32,000 bases of DNA from Pseudomonadota bacterium (GTDB lineage Bacteria; Pseudomonadota; Gammaproteobacteria; Burkholderiales; Burkholderiaceae_C). This document shows, one piece after another, positions 1 to 8,124 of this stretch; the first letter of the stretch is position 1; the number at the start of each line of letters is the position of its first letter. The notes under the pieces were generated by a model. That model worked only from the letters and a program-made list of their open reading frames with translations. It made no database searches and was not told where the DNA came from. The DNA lies in NCBI GenBank assembly GCA_040389085.1, contig JAZKAP010000023.1, positions 7,556 to 39,555 of the forward strand, given 5' to 3'. A program made the position numbers and the translations under genes.

Positions 1-1092
1 AGCGGTTCCGCGGATCTGGTGGGTCAGTTCGTAGCATTGCGCCAAGCCAGTCGCACCCAGTGGATGTCCTTTGGACAGCAACCCACCCGAAGGGTTGACG
101 ACGACTGCTCCGCCATAGGTATTGGCCTCGGACTCGACGAAGGCCTGACCCTCGCCGACTGCGCAGAAACCAAGTGCCTCATAGCTGAGAAGCTCGTTCT
201 GCGCGAAACAATCGTGCAACTCGCACACGTCGATGTCCTGCGGCCCCACGCCTGCAGCCTCGTAGACTTGGCGAACGGCCTCACGCGACATATCGAATCC
301 CACGACGGATATCGCGGACTTGTCGCTGAACGTGCCATTACGGTCAGATACAAGCGACTGCCCCAGAACTTGGACAGCTGAGTTGAGGCCCATCTTCTGG
401 GCGAATTTTTTGCTTACAAAGATCGCGGCCTCGGCGCCACAGGTTGGCGGACAGGCCATTAAACGGGTCATGGAGCCGGGCACAATGGACGAGCTGGCCA
501 ACACTTCTTCCGGCGTCACCTCCCGGCGAAACAGTGCCAGCGGATTCCGGGCGGCGTGCCGGCTCGCCTTGGCCCGGATATTGGCGAAGGTTTTAAGTGA
601 GGTGCCATGTCGCTCCATGTGTTCCCGGCCTGCTGCAGCGAAGTAGCGGATCGCCATGGGCAATTCGGGATGGCCAAACACTTCGTCCATGACTCCATTG
701 AAATGGTCCAGCGGATCAGGCCTGTCATCCCAGTGATTTTTCAATGCACCAGAGGGCATCTGCTCGAAACCGACCGCCAAAGCGCAGTCAGCCGAGCCAT
801 TGGCTACCGCCTTGCGCGCAAGGTACAAGACCGTGGATCCGGAGACACAGTTGTTGTTGACATTGACCACCGGCACCCCGGTCATACCTACTTCATAGAC
901 CGCCCGCTGGCCGCTGGCCGAGTCTCCATAGACGTAGCCGGCGTAGACCTCCTGCACATCGGCGTAGGCCAGACCGGCGTCCTGCAGCGCCTGGCGGATC
1001 GCTTGGGCGGCCATCTCCTGATACGGCAGGTTGTCACCGGGTTTTTTGAATGAGGTCATGCCAACACCGGCAACGACAACTGGCTCTTGCAT
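1..1092 (-). CDS. SCP2/SCPx-type thiolase (lipid-transfer-protein-like acyl-CoA acetyltransferase); 3' end lies beyond the left window edge
   Basis: Absent from the ORF track because it has no in-window stop. Hand reverse-translation from ATG 1092..1090 is open over all 364 codons. It reads MQEPVVVAGVGMTSFKKPGDNLPYQEMAAQAIRQAL, then NVNNNCVSGS (nucleophile Cys motif), VCELHDCFAQNELLSYEALG and NPSGGLLSKGHPLGATGLAQCYELTHQIRGTA, all classic SCP2-thiolase motifs. Confidence 0.88.
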   Translation of the reverse strand, partial: MQEPVVVAGVGMTSFKKPGDNLPYQEMAAQAIRQALQDAGLAYADVQEVYAGYVYGDSASGQRAVYEVGMTGVPVVNVNNNCVSGSTVLYLARKAVANGSADCALAVGFEQMPSGALKNHWDDRPDPLDHFNGVMDEVFGHPELPMAIRYFAAAGREHMERHGTSLKTFANIRAKASRHAARNPLALFRREVTPEEVLASSSIVPGSMTRLMACPPTCGAEAAIFVSKKFAQKMGLNSAVQVLGQSLVSDRNGTFSDKSAISVVGFDMSREAVRQVYEAAGVGPQDIDVCELHDCFAQNELLSYEALGFCAVGEGQAFVESEANTYGGAVVVNPSGGLLSKGHPLGATGLAQCYELTHQIRGTA

Positions 1093-1150
1093 TGCTATAT
1101 CTCCTGGTTAAAGCATCGTTGTGTGTGCGTTCAGTCGACTCGTGCCGCGG

Positions 1151-2716
1151 TCACGAGACCATCCGTTCCTGCGCTTGCCAGTACTTCTTGCGTACTTCCT
1201 TCTTCAGAACCTTGCCCACCGCGCTGCGGGGCAACTGCTCGACGATCTCGACATCCTTGGGTGCCTTGACGCTACCCAGACGGTCCTTGACGAACTGGAT
1301 GAGGTCCGCTGGGGTCACAGACTGGTTCGGCCGCAACTCGATGACCGCCTTGACGGCCTCGCCCCACTTCTCATCGGGCACGCCGATGACCGCGCAGTCC
1401 TTCACGGCCGGGTGGGCCATGACCGCGGCTTCGACTTCCGACGAGAAGACGTTGAAGCCGCCGGTGACGATCATGTCCTTCTTGCGGTCGACGATGAACA
1501 AGAATCCCTGCTCGTCGAAGTAACCCACATCACCCGTGCAGTGCCAACCATAGCGCTGCACCTCGGCCGTGGCTTCGGGATTCTTGTAATAGCCCTGCAT
1601 CACGATGTCGCCCTGCGCGACGATTTCGCCCACGGCCCCCGGCTGAGCGAGCAGGTCGCCGTCGTCATCCATGATCGCTACCCGCGTGAACGGGAAGCGG
1701 CGCCCCGCGCTCAACAGACGCTGGCGAGGCGCCGCTTTCCCGTCGATCAGATGGTCCTCCACCCTGAGCACGGAGATGGCACCGGGCACTTCGGCCTGAC
1801 CATAGATCTGCAGCATGACCGGACCAAAGACCTCGATGGCCTCTGCCAGCTTGTCGGGCGACATCGGCGCTGCGCCGTACATGAGGTAGCGCAACGCGGA
1901 GAAGTCGAAGTCGCGCACGTTGGGCTGGGCCAGCAGGGTGTAGATGACCGTCGGCGGCAGGAACAGCATGTTGACCCGGTCCTGCGCGATCACACTGAGC
2001 AGGTTTTGCGGGTCGATGCCGTCCATCAGGATGACGCGGCCACCACGCGCCATGAACGACAGGGACACTATCCCCGCCGTGTGGGTGATGGGTGCCGCCG
2101 CCAGCACGGTCATGCGGTCGGTCACATGCATCGCCGACATGTGGTTGGCCAGGGTCGCCGTCACGTTGCGGTGGCTCAGCATGACGCCCTTGGAGCGGCC
2201 CGTGGTGCCACCGGTCCCCATGATCATGGCCAGCGCCTGCGGTTGCGATGACGCCGAGAACATCTCGGTCGAATGGCCCTGGATCAGCCGGTCGACCGAC
2301 AGGTCGACCCCGCTGGACTCGTCCAGCGAGATGTAGTGACGGATGCGGGGGACTTTGGTGCGGATTTCGGCAACCTGGTCGGCGTAGCGCGCCTGGTAGA
2401 AGAGTACGTCGCAGTCCATGTCCTGAAGGAACTCGATGTTGGTATCCACGCTGTTGCGCGCGTTGACCGGCAGCCAGACGCCTTGGGCACGCAGGACACC
2501 CAACAGCGCCGTGAACGCGGACCCGGCGTTGCCGCTGAGCACAGCACCATGAAAGCCGGGCCCAAATCCAAGGGCTTGCAGCCCGCGGGCGATCTGGCAG
2601 GTCAGTGCTCCCGCCTGGGCATAGGTGATGGCCGGGGCATCGCGTCCACAGTCCAAAAAACAGGGGGCATCCGGGTGGTTGGTGACACCGGCATCGAAGA
2701 AGTCGATTAGATTCAT
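1151..2716 (-). CDS. AMP-dependent acyl-CoA synthetase/ligase (ANL superfamily)
   Basis: ORF 1151..3037 trimmed to ATG 2716 (MNLIDFFDAGVTNHPDAPCFLD) preceded by a GGAGAA SD. Carries P-loop TGGTTGRSKGVMLSHRN, YGQAEV, GDVGYFDEQGFLFIVDRKKDMIVTGGFNV and a C-terminal GKVLKKEVR. Sits 58 nt upstream of the thiolase on the same strand. Confidence 0.9.
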   Translation of the reverse strand: MNLIDFFDAGVTNHPDAPCFLDCGRDAPAITYAQAGALTCQIARGLQALGFGPGFHGAVLSGNAGSAFTALLGVLRAQGVWLPVNARNSVDTNIEFLQDMDCDVLFYQARYADQVAEIRTKVPRIRHYISLDESSGVDLSVDRLIQGHSTEMFSASSQPQALAMIMGTGGTTGRSKGVMLSHRNVTATLANHMSAMHVTDRMTVLAAAPITHTAGIVSLSFMARGGRVILMDGIDPQNLLSVIAQDRVNMLFLPPTVIYTLLAQPNVRDFDFSALRYLMYGAAPMSPDKLAEAIEVFGPVMLQIYGQAEVPGAISVLRVEDHLIDGKAAPRQRLLSAGRRFPFTRVAIMDDDGDLLAQPGAVGEIVAQGDIVMQGYYKNPEATAEVQRYGWHCTGDVGYFDEQGFLFIVDRKKDMIVTGGFNVFSSEVEAAVMAHPAVKDCAVIGVPDEKWGEAVKAVIELRPNQSVTPADLIQFVKDRLGSVKAPKDVEIVEQLPRSAVGKVLKKEVRKKYWQAQERMVS

Positions 2717-2873
2717 CGCGGTGGTTCTCCGTTCAAGCCTTGGCCGATTGGACGAAGATCGCCGACAATTTGCCTGTCTTCGACAGCAACACAGGCATTG
2801 GCGGCCTGCCGTCAGATGACGGTGGGTTTGTTGGATCCTCTGTACGTGTAGGTGCGTTTTGCATATTGCCTCT

Positions 2874-2942
2874 TTGGTACTTTTGCGTGAATATTGGTAC
2901 CATTTGATCATCAGAAAGGTACTAATGCAATGTGTTTGGTAC
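2874..2942. promoter_or_regulatory. Candidate TetR operator region: three direct copies of TTGGTAC, the middle one within palindrome TGGTACCA
   Basis: TTGGTAC at 2874-2880, 2894-2900 and 2936-2942, plus AGGTAC at 2917-2922. All lie in the 250-bp AT-richer divergent region between the ligase start (2716) and the TetR start (2967). Confidence 0.35.
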
Positions 2943-2966
2943 CGAATTTCACTAAGGAAAACCCGC

Positions 2967-3683
2967 ATGAGAAAAACGCTCACAGACGACGAGTTCTTCG
3001 ATGCACTCACCAATCTGTTACTTGCAGAGGGCATCAAAAGCCTGACGGTGGGCGAGATTGCCTCGCGGATGCGCTGCTCGCGGCGTCGTCTTTACGACAT
3101 TGCACAGACGAAAGAGGAGATCTTCTGCGCGACAGTAGAACGCTTCTTCCATAGCGTTCTCGACGAGGGTGAAACGCTGATTCGGAGCGAGCAGAACCTG
3201 ACAGCGGCGATCGCCGCCTACCTTGGTGTGGGCGTTCGGGCGGCCAGTCGCATCAGCGTTCAGTTCCTGAAGGACGTTGAGGACTCTGAGCCAGCCAGGA
3301 CCATTTTCGACAACTATCAGCAGGCCCGTACCATGAGGTTGTCACAACTGATCGATGAGGGCGTGCGCCAAGGGGTATTCGTCGCATGCCACGGCTTGGT
3401 GGTGTCCGAACTCATCCTGGGCGCGGCACTGCGGCTGCGCCGACCGGCGTTTCTCGCCCAAGCCAATCTGACCATCGAAGAGGCATTCCAAGAGTTTTAC
3501 CGGATACTGCTGGGCGGACTCCTGGCCGACGCCACTGCGCCGAAGACCGTCCGGTGCGACGATCAAACGAACAGGGGCATCGCGCGAAGGGCTCAGCAAG
3601 CTACCTCAGAGAAGCAGAAGCGGCAAGACGTTGGCAATGACGATGCCGGCAGGATGCTGATAGCAGCCTGGAACCGCAGTTAG
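2967..3683 (+). CDS. TetR/AcrR family transcriptional regulator
   Basis: ORF 2859..3683 trimmed to ATG 2967 (MRKTLTDDEFFDAL) with an AAGGAAAA SD. N-terminal HTH LTVGEIASRMRCSRRRLYDIAQTKEEIF is typical of TetR_N. Divergent from the acyl-CoA ligase gene. Confidence 0.85.
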   Translation: MRKTLTDDEFFDALTNLLLAEGIKSLTVGEIASRMRCSRRRLYDIAQTKEEIFCATVERFFHSVLDEGETLIRSEQNLTAAIAAYLGVGVRAASRISVQFLKDVEDSEPARTIFDNYQQARTMRLSQLIDEGVRQGVFVACHGLVVSELILGAALRLRRPAFLAQANLTIEEAFQEFYRILLGGLLADATAPKTVRCDDQTNRGIARRAQQATSEKQKRQDVGNDDAGRMLIAAWNRS

Positions 3684-3958
3684 ATTTCGACAGATCTATT
3701 CGGAGTTACACGCAATTCGGCAGTTCATTTATCACCGGCAGGAACGAACGGGATGGGGTTCCCAAGTTTCCTGGATACTTTACTTGATCCATCACCTTCA
3801 CTCAAAATCGACTCACCCAAAGTCGACGGTCTGCTTTGGCGCCAACGGTCGAATACCCTCTTTGGGCACGAAGCTGTAGTGGCCAACGTCCGCAATGCTG
3901 CCGCAAAAATGCTTGCAGTTCCCCGGGATAAGCCCACAGTTGGACGCCCTCAATCAAC

Positions 3959-4193
3959 ATGGAGTCCCCCATGGAAAACGCAATCGAACACGTACAACAC
4001 AACCCCTGGAACAAGGGTGTGATCGTCGGACAAAAATCACCGTTCAGATTGAAAGAGATTTGGGCTATTCTGGTGCGACTTCAACTTCAACACAGAATTC
4101 GTGAACTCGCCATGTTTGATCTGGGGTTGGACAGCAAACTGCGCGCCTGTGACCTCGTAAAGCTTCGGGTGCGTGACATCTGCCATGGTGATC
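3959..4193 (+). pseudogene. Truncated tyrosine recombinase/phage-integrase family gene (N-terminal ~78 codons only)
   Basis: NPWNKGVIVGQKSPFRLKEIWAILVRLQLQHRIRELAMFDLGLDSKLRACDLVKLRVRDICHGD matches the N-terminal half of small site-specific integrases. Similarity ends near 4190 where IS1380-type transposase sequence starts. The catalytic C-terminal domain is absent. Confidence 0.6.
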
Positions 4194-4610
4194 ACCCGGC
4201 TGGAGTGGGGTGAGCAGGGCAACAACCCGCGGTATGTGGTGACCACCCTGAAGGGCGACGCCCGGGTGCTGTATGACCAGCTCTACTGTCAGCGCGGGGA
4301 GGCAGAGAACCGCATCAAAGAAGCCCAGGTGGGATTGTTCGCCACTCGTACGAGTTGTCACGTCTTGCGCAGCAACCAGTTGCGTGTGCTGCTGGTCGCG
4401 CTCGGCTACGTGCTCATTGAGCGGCTACGCACGCTGGCTCTGCAGGGCACGACCCTGGCTGTTGCGCAGGTCGATACCTTGCGCGTGAAGCTGCTCAAGG
4501 TGGCGGCTGTGGTTACACGTAATACCCGTCGCATTCGTCTTTATCTGGCTTCCAACTGGCCCAGTGCGGATATCTTTGCGCACGCTATGCGCATGTTGCG
4601 CTCTCCCTGA
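4190..4610 (+). pseudogene. IS1380-family DDE transposase, C-terminal ~140 codons only
   Basis: ITRLEWGEQGNNPRYVVTTLKGDARVLYDQLYCQRGEAENRIKEAQVGLFATRTSCHVLRSNQLRVLLVALGYVL. The NPR(F/Y)VVT..L and YC.RGE.ENRIKE......L.A.RTSC signature is characteristic of IS1380-family (DDE group 1) transposase C-termini. The N-terminal ~300 codons are missing. Confidence 0.7.
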
Positions 4611-4808
4611 GCCTCAACCCAGCGCATGGCCCGCGCGATGAAACAAGAGTGGCCCGCAACCCAAGTCGGGGTGGGGTCTTTGCGCCTGCGCGCAGTGTCA
4701 TCGCCACGCAAACCCTTGCTCATGCACTGTCAGACGCCAGTTGGCGTTGCAGCAGCTCCGAAAACGGCTCAGCGGACGCAGTTTGAAAATTTGCGTGAAA
4801 TATCCGGG
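4190..4808 (+). mobile_element. Right-end fragment of an IS1380-family insertion sequence, nested inside an IS66-family element
   Basis: Transposase 3' fragment plus ~200 bp of non-coding tail ending ...GAAATATCCGGG at ~4808. Read inward this terminus begins CC, as IS1380-family IRs do. It abuts the point where IS66 TnpB similarity breaks (after FANKRAN). Confidence 0.5.
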
Positions 4809-4960
4809 TTAGCCCGTTTGTTGGCGAATACGTAGGCATGGTGCGGCTGTGCTGCACCGAAGACGGCGACCACCCGCGCCAATGCAGAGTCAGTTCCGGC
4901 ACGCATGTCCAGCGGGGCGGTGGCCAGCCAGGCTGTGTCGATGCGGATCAACGCAGCCAC
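4808..4960 (-). pseudogene. tnpB: IS66-family TnpB (orfB), truncated after ~51 codons by the IS1380-family insertion
   Basis: MAALIRIDTAWLATAPLDMRAGTDSALARVVAVFGAAQPHHAYVFANKRAN matches the conserved IS66 TnpB N-terminus. The sequence after N51 (PDISRKFSNCVR) is unrelated. Confidence 0.65.
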
Positions 4961-5370
4961 TCACGCAGCACTTGCGCGCATTGGGCAGCACCGGCGAGTG
5001 GCCAGTGCACGTTCACCGTTGCGCCGCCACGTTGAATCTCGATGTGAATGATCTCGCAGGCAGGACTGGGTGCGTCTGACCCTGGCATGCGCTTGGGTTG
5101 GACTGAGTTTGCACCAACAGCCGCTGAAGCTTGCAGTTGCAGCGGTACGAACGCCGAGGCCGTCCGTTGCAGATCGACCACTATCTGGCGCTGTCGCTCC
5201 TCTCGCATCCATCGATGCACCATATTCGGATTGATTCCATGACTCAGGGCGACACCTGCAAGGGATGCGCCTGGCTGGCGACATTGCTCCAATACCGATG
5301 CCTTGAACTCCACGCTGTACTCGCGTCGCCGAGGGCGCTCTGCTGTCGACACTTTATCCATAGTCTCCAC
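4948..5370 (-). CDS. tnpA: IS66-family accessory protein TnpA (orfA, HTH)
   Basis: RRREYSVEFKASVLEQCRQPGASLAGVALSHGINPNMVHRWMRE is the IS66 orfA helix-turn-helix region. The stop overlaps the tnpB start. Start is GTG 5370 or ATG 5361, with a GAAGGAGA SD upstream. Confidence 0.7.
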   Translation of the reverse strand: METMDKVSTAERPRRREYSVEFKASVLEQCRQPGASLAGVALSHGINPNMVHRWMREERQRQIVVDLQRTASAFVPLQLQASAAVGANSVQPKRMPGSDAPSPACEIIHIEIQRGGATVNVHWPLAGAAQCAQVLREWLR

Positions 5371-5437
5371 GATCTCCTTCGTGGGGACGATGCCTGATCA
5401 CAGGCTTCTATTCAACATGGGATGGCCGGACGCATAC

Positions 5438-5607
5438 GTGCGGTCGGTAGCGGCGTCTTGTTTGCCTCCGCAACACCCGACCACATCGGCAAGACGCTGG
5501 CCTACGTGTCGGTGAAAGTGACGCTCGACGCACTCGACGGAGACATCGTGTCGCGCGGCATCGGCACCTATCGCATCTACACCAAGTCGCTGGTCAAGGC
5601 AGTCTGA
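5438..5607 (+). pseudogene. C-terminal remnant of a hotdog-fold (PaaI-like) thioesterase gene cut by the IS66 end
   Basis: GVLFASATPDHIGKTLAYVSVKVTLDALDGDIVSRGIGTYRIY fits the PaaI-type C-terminal pattern (..A.A...H.G.T.A...V......G.....G.GT..I). The ATG given in the ORF track (5422) lies inside the putative IS66 terminal repeat, so it is not a genuine start. Confidence 0.35.
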
Positions 5608-5647
5608 CCGGCGCAGGGCCGAAAGTCGCCTGGCAGCGTACTCCCGC

Positions 5648-7741
5648 TCAATGCACATGATCATCGGGCGGCGGCAGGATGCGCGGCTCGCGGTGGATGC
5701 GTTCGATTTGGTCGAGCAGAAACTGCGTGTCGCGCCAACCTTCACCGGCGCCCTCCTCGTCCTGCGGCAGCCAGCGCGCACGCACATAGCCGAATCGGTC
5801 GATCAGGAATTCCATGTGAGACGGTGGTTCCCCCAAGACGGTCTTGCCGGGGTCGTTCAAGGTACGCCGGAACAGCAAGTAGGCGGTCGCCGCCTCCTGC
5901 GCCCCGTCGGTGACGACGGAAAACGGCAACGACGGCGAAGAAGTGGCACCCGGCAACGCAATAGCAATCACCTCGGTGCCGCTTGATTGCAACTGCGGAT
6001 AGACACGCGCCAGTTCGGCCAGGCGTTGCGCGGAGAAGGGCTGCGAGTAAAAGACCAGCAGCACGGACTTGCGCTCCCTGTACGCCTTGAGCGCCGCGGC
6101 CAGTCCCGACCGGGTCACAAAATCGAAATCGGGCGGACCGAGCCAGGGCCGCCCGGGGACCACCTGCGGCGTCAGGATGCGGGCCTGGAAGCCCGCGGAG
6201 AAGGCGCGCAAGAAGTTCACCATGTCCCAGCGCTCCTCGTCGGTCATTTCCTGTGCAAAGCCGGGCATGGCGGTTTTCGGCTTGCCGTGGGTGAGCCACC
6301 AGAAGAGGTCGCCCGCCGTGTGCAACGCGGTATGCGGCTCGGTGAGGTCGGCGGGCCTGGTGGGCAAGCGGGCGGCCAGCGGACCGTCCCCCTTGCCACC
6401 CGGACCGTGACAGGACACGCAGTGCTGGGAAAACAGCGCCGCCCCGCGCGTGACCGACACCGCGTTGTAACTGACATCCGTGCGCCGGTAAGTGTCGGGA
6501 TAGGCGTCCACCGACAACGCGTATAGAACGATGGCCAGCCCCGAGAAAGTCACCAGCACGGCAGCACCCAAACGGATCCGGCGCCCGCCCTGCGCCGCGT
6601 CGGCGCAGGCCCCTGACACAAGGGCATGCACCAGCCAAGCCAGTCCGCCCATAGCCAGCAACGACGCACCCACGACCGTGCTCACCACCCCCGGTTTGTC
6701 CCAGGTGGCCGCGAGCGACAGACGAAACGGCAGCGGCCACAACATCTGCGCATGGGCCGCGGGCAGCGTACCTGTCAGACCGGCTGCGAAGAGCAGGATC
6801 AGCAGCACAACGCCCAGTTCCACCCGGACCAGACCGGCCGCGCCTTGCCACGCAAGACCCTGCTCGAATGCCACTTTGCCCATACGCGGCATCCAGACCC
6901 AGCGAACCCGCGCTGCAACAAGCAGCACCGGCACCAGCAGAACCATTTTGGCCAACACCTGCAGACCGAACGATGTACTGAGCAGCGGGGCCAGGCTGCG
7001 TTCGAGCACCGTCATCAGACCGCCGAAGATGTCGTCTGTCCGCGCGGGCCAGCGGGTCGGCGCGCCGAACTGCAGGTACGCGATGAGGGTGCCGGATGCA
7101 ACGATCAGGGCAACGCAAACCGTCGCAAGCACCGAGAAGCGGCGCACCACGCCGAAGAACATCTTCCGGAACAGCGGATCCCGGCCTCTCGCAGCCAGGT
7201 GAAGTCCGTAGGCCAGCGCCGGCAGGCCGCCAGCCCAAACGCCCGCCGCCAGCAGATGCACGACATGGCCGACACCTGCGAGCCAAAGCGGTTCCGTGAC
7301 TGCGCCGTGCCCGGTAAATACCGCGGCCGCGTTAATCAGCAGCGCCAGGGTGAGCAGCGCTACGTCGACGATGCGCTCACCGAACCGCGCGATCAGAGGC
7401 CCACGGCCCAACAGCAGCAGCAACAAGATCAGCGCTGTCGCCTGCCGCACCTGCCAGACCGCGCCGTAGCGCGTTCGCTCCAGCAGCCTGGCCCATTCGG
7501 ACCACTGAAAGGCCGCCTCGCCGCGGCCGCTGACCGAAGCCGCCTGCAACATCAACAGACCTGCCGCCGTGGCCAGCAACAGTGCCACCAGCCATGGCGC
7601 GGCAGCAAAGACCGCGCCACGCCAGCGCGCAGCATCCGGGCTTCGACCAGGACCTGCGAGCAACAGCAGGGAAAAGCTGCCCAACAGCACCAGGCCGCTG
7701 GTCAGTTGCAGCCAGCGCAGCGCCGTGCCGAGGAATTCCAT
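5648..7741 (-). CDS. copD: CopD-family membrane protein fused to a mono-haem cytochrome c domain and a C-terminal thioredoxin/peroxiredoxin-like domain lacking the CxxC
   Basis: 697 aa. Residues 1-~410 are a run of hydrophobic helices typical of CopD. CVSCH haem c motif is at aa 441-445 (nt 6407-6421, verified by hand). The C-terminal segment KSVLLVFYSQPFSAQRLAELARVYPQLQSSGTEVIAIAL is redoxin-like, with SQPFS where Cys-x-x-Cys is expected. ATG 7741 directly follows the copC TAA. Confidence 0.8.
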   Translation of the reverse strand: MEFLGTALRWLQLTSGLVLLGSFSLLLLAGPGRSPDAARWRGAVFAAAPWLVALLLATAAGLLMLQAASVSGRGEAAFQWSEWARLLERTRYGAVWQVRQATALILLLLLLGRGPLIARFGERIVDVALLTLALLINAAAVFTGHGAVTEPLWLAGVGHVVHLLAAGVWAGGLPALAYGLHLAARGRDPLFRKMFFGVVRRFSVLATVCVALIVASGTLIAYLQFGAPTRWPARTDDIFGGLMTVLERSLAPLLSTSFGLQVLAKMVLLVPVLLVAARVRWVWMPRMGKVAFEQGLAWQGAAGLVRVELGVVLLILLFAAGLTGTLPAAHAQMLWPLPFRLSLAATWDKPGVVSTVVGASLLAMGGLAWLVHALVSGACADAAQGGRRIRLGAAVLVTFSGLAIVLYALSVDAYPDTYRRTDVSYNAVSVTRGAALFSQHCVSCHGPGGKGDGPLAARLPTRPADLTEPHTALHTAGDLFWWLTHGKPKTAMPGFAQEMTDEERWDMVNFLRAFSAGFQARILTPQVVPGRPWLGPPDFDFVTRSGLAAALKAYRERKSVLLVFYSQPFSAQRLAELARVYPQLQSSGTEVIAIALPGATSSPSLPFSVVTDGAQEAATAYLLFRRTLNDPGKTVLGEPPSHMEFLIDRFGYVRARWLPQDEEGAGEGWRDTQFLLDQIERIHREPRILPPPDDHVH

Positions 7742-8110
7742 TTACTTCCCAGCGCCCTCGGCCTTCACGGTGAAGGTATAACCGTAATCGACCGTATGGC
7801 CATCGACCGAGAGCACCCGGTATTTCACGGTATAGGTACCCGGGCTGAGCATGGGCAATTCCAGCGCCAGCAGTTTGGGGTCGTCCTTGTCAACCCGGGC
7901 CTTCTGGGTCGTGACCGGGCCGGCACCTTCCCTGATCACGCTGATCGTCGCGTACTCGGGCTCCAGCCGCTCGTTGAACCACAGCCTGACCTGCGGCGGC
8001 GGTTTGGACAGCGTCGCCCGCCGTGCCGGTTCGGACTTGACCAGCGCGGCATGCGCCAGCGCCGTGCCAGTGGCGGCCATGGCCAGCAGCGCGACGAGCC
8101 ACGAAACCAT
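7742..8110 (-). CDS. copC: CopC-domain periplasmic copper-binding protein
   Basis: ORF 7742..8275 trimmed to ATG 8110. Signal peptide MVSWLVALLAMAATGTALA is followed by HAALVKSEPARRATL (mature N-terminal His as in CopC). The C-terminal segment GTYTVKYRVLSVDGHTVDYGYTFTV is the CopC signature. Confidence 0.88.
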   Translation of the reverse strand: MVSWLVALLAMAATGTALAHAALVKSEPARRATLSKPPPQVRLWFNERLEPEYATISVIREGAGPVTTQKARVDKDDPKLLALELPMLSPGTYTVKYRVLSVDGHTVDYGYTFTVKAEGAGK

Positions 8111-8124
8111 CTTGCGCCGGGCGT

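Larger units (their letters stand above)
4808..5437 (-). mobile_element. Partial IS66-family element (left end, tnpA, first ~51 codons of tnpB)
   Basis: tnpA/tnpB pair in the typical overlapping arrangement. The putative terminus read from the minus strand is GTATGCGTCCGGCC (complement of 5424-5437), resembling the GTAAGCG start I recall for IS66-family IRs. The main transposase and the other end are absent. Confidence 0.5.

Noticed and set aside
2717-3037. N-terminal extensions offered by the ORF track. They affect the 628-aa ligase, the 432-aa XmoB from 12967, the 308-aa XmoC from 14686, the 765-aa ADH from 11166, the 249-aa ORF from 11807, the 595-aa ligase from 17841, the 177-aa CopC from 8275 and the 274-aa TetR from 2859.
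   Set aside because: The extensions are Arg/Cys/Ser-rich junk with no homology pattern, and some overlap upstream genes. In every case an internal ATG with a good Shine-Dalgarno sequence begins the family-typical N-terminus or signal peptide.
3684-3958. Possible tRNA or att site next to the integrase fragment.
   Set aside because: By eye I found no cloverleaf-compatible sequence and no GGTTCGAATCC-type T-arm. The only feature is a weak 5-bp inverted repeat around two GTCGAC sites.
5422-5437. The ATG at 5422 as the genuine start of a 61-aa protein.
   Set aside because: The first ~5 codons fall within the putative IS66 terminal sequence. The remainder looks like the C-terminal third of a hotdog thioesterase, so this is a gene remnant and not a small protein.
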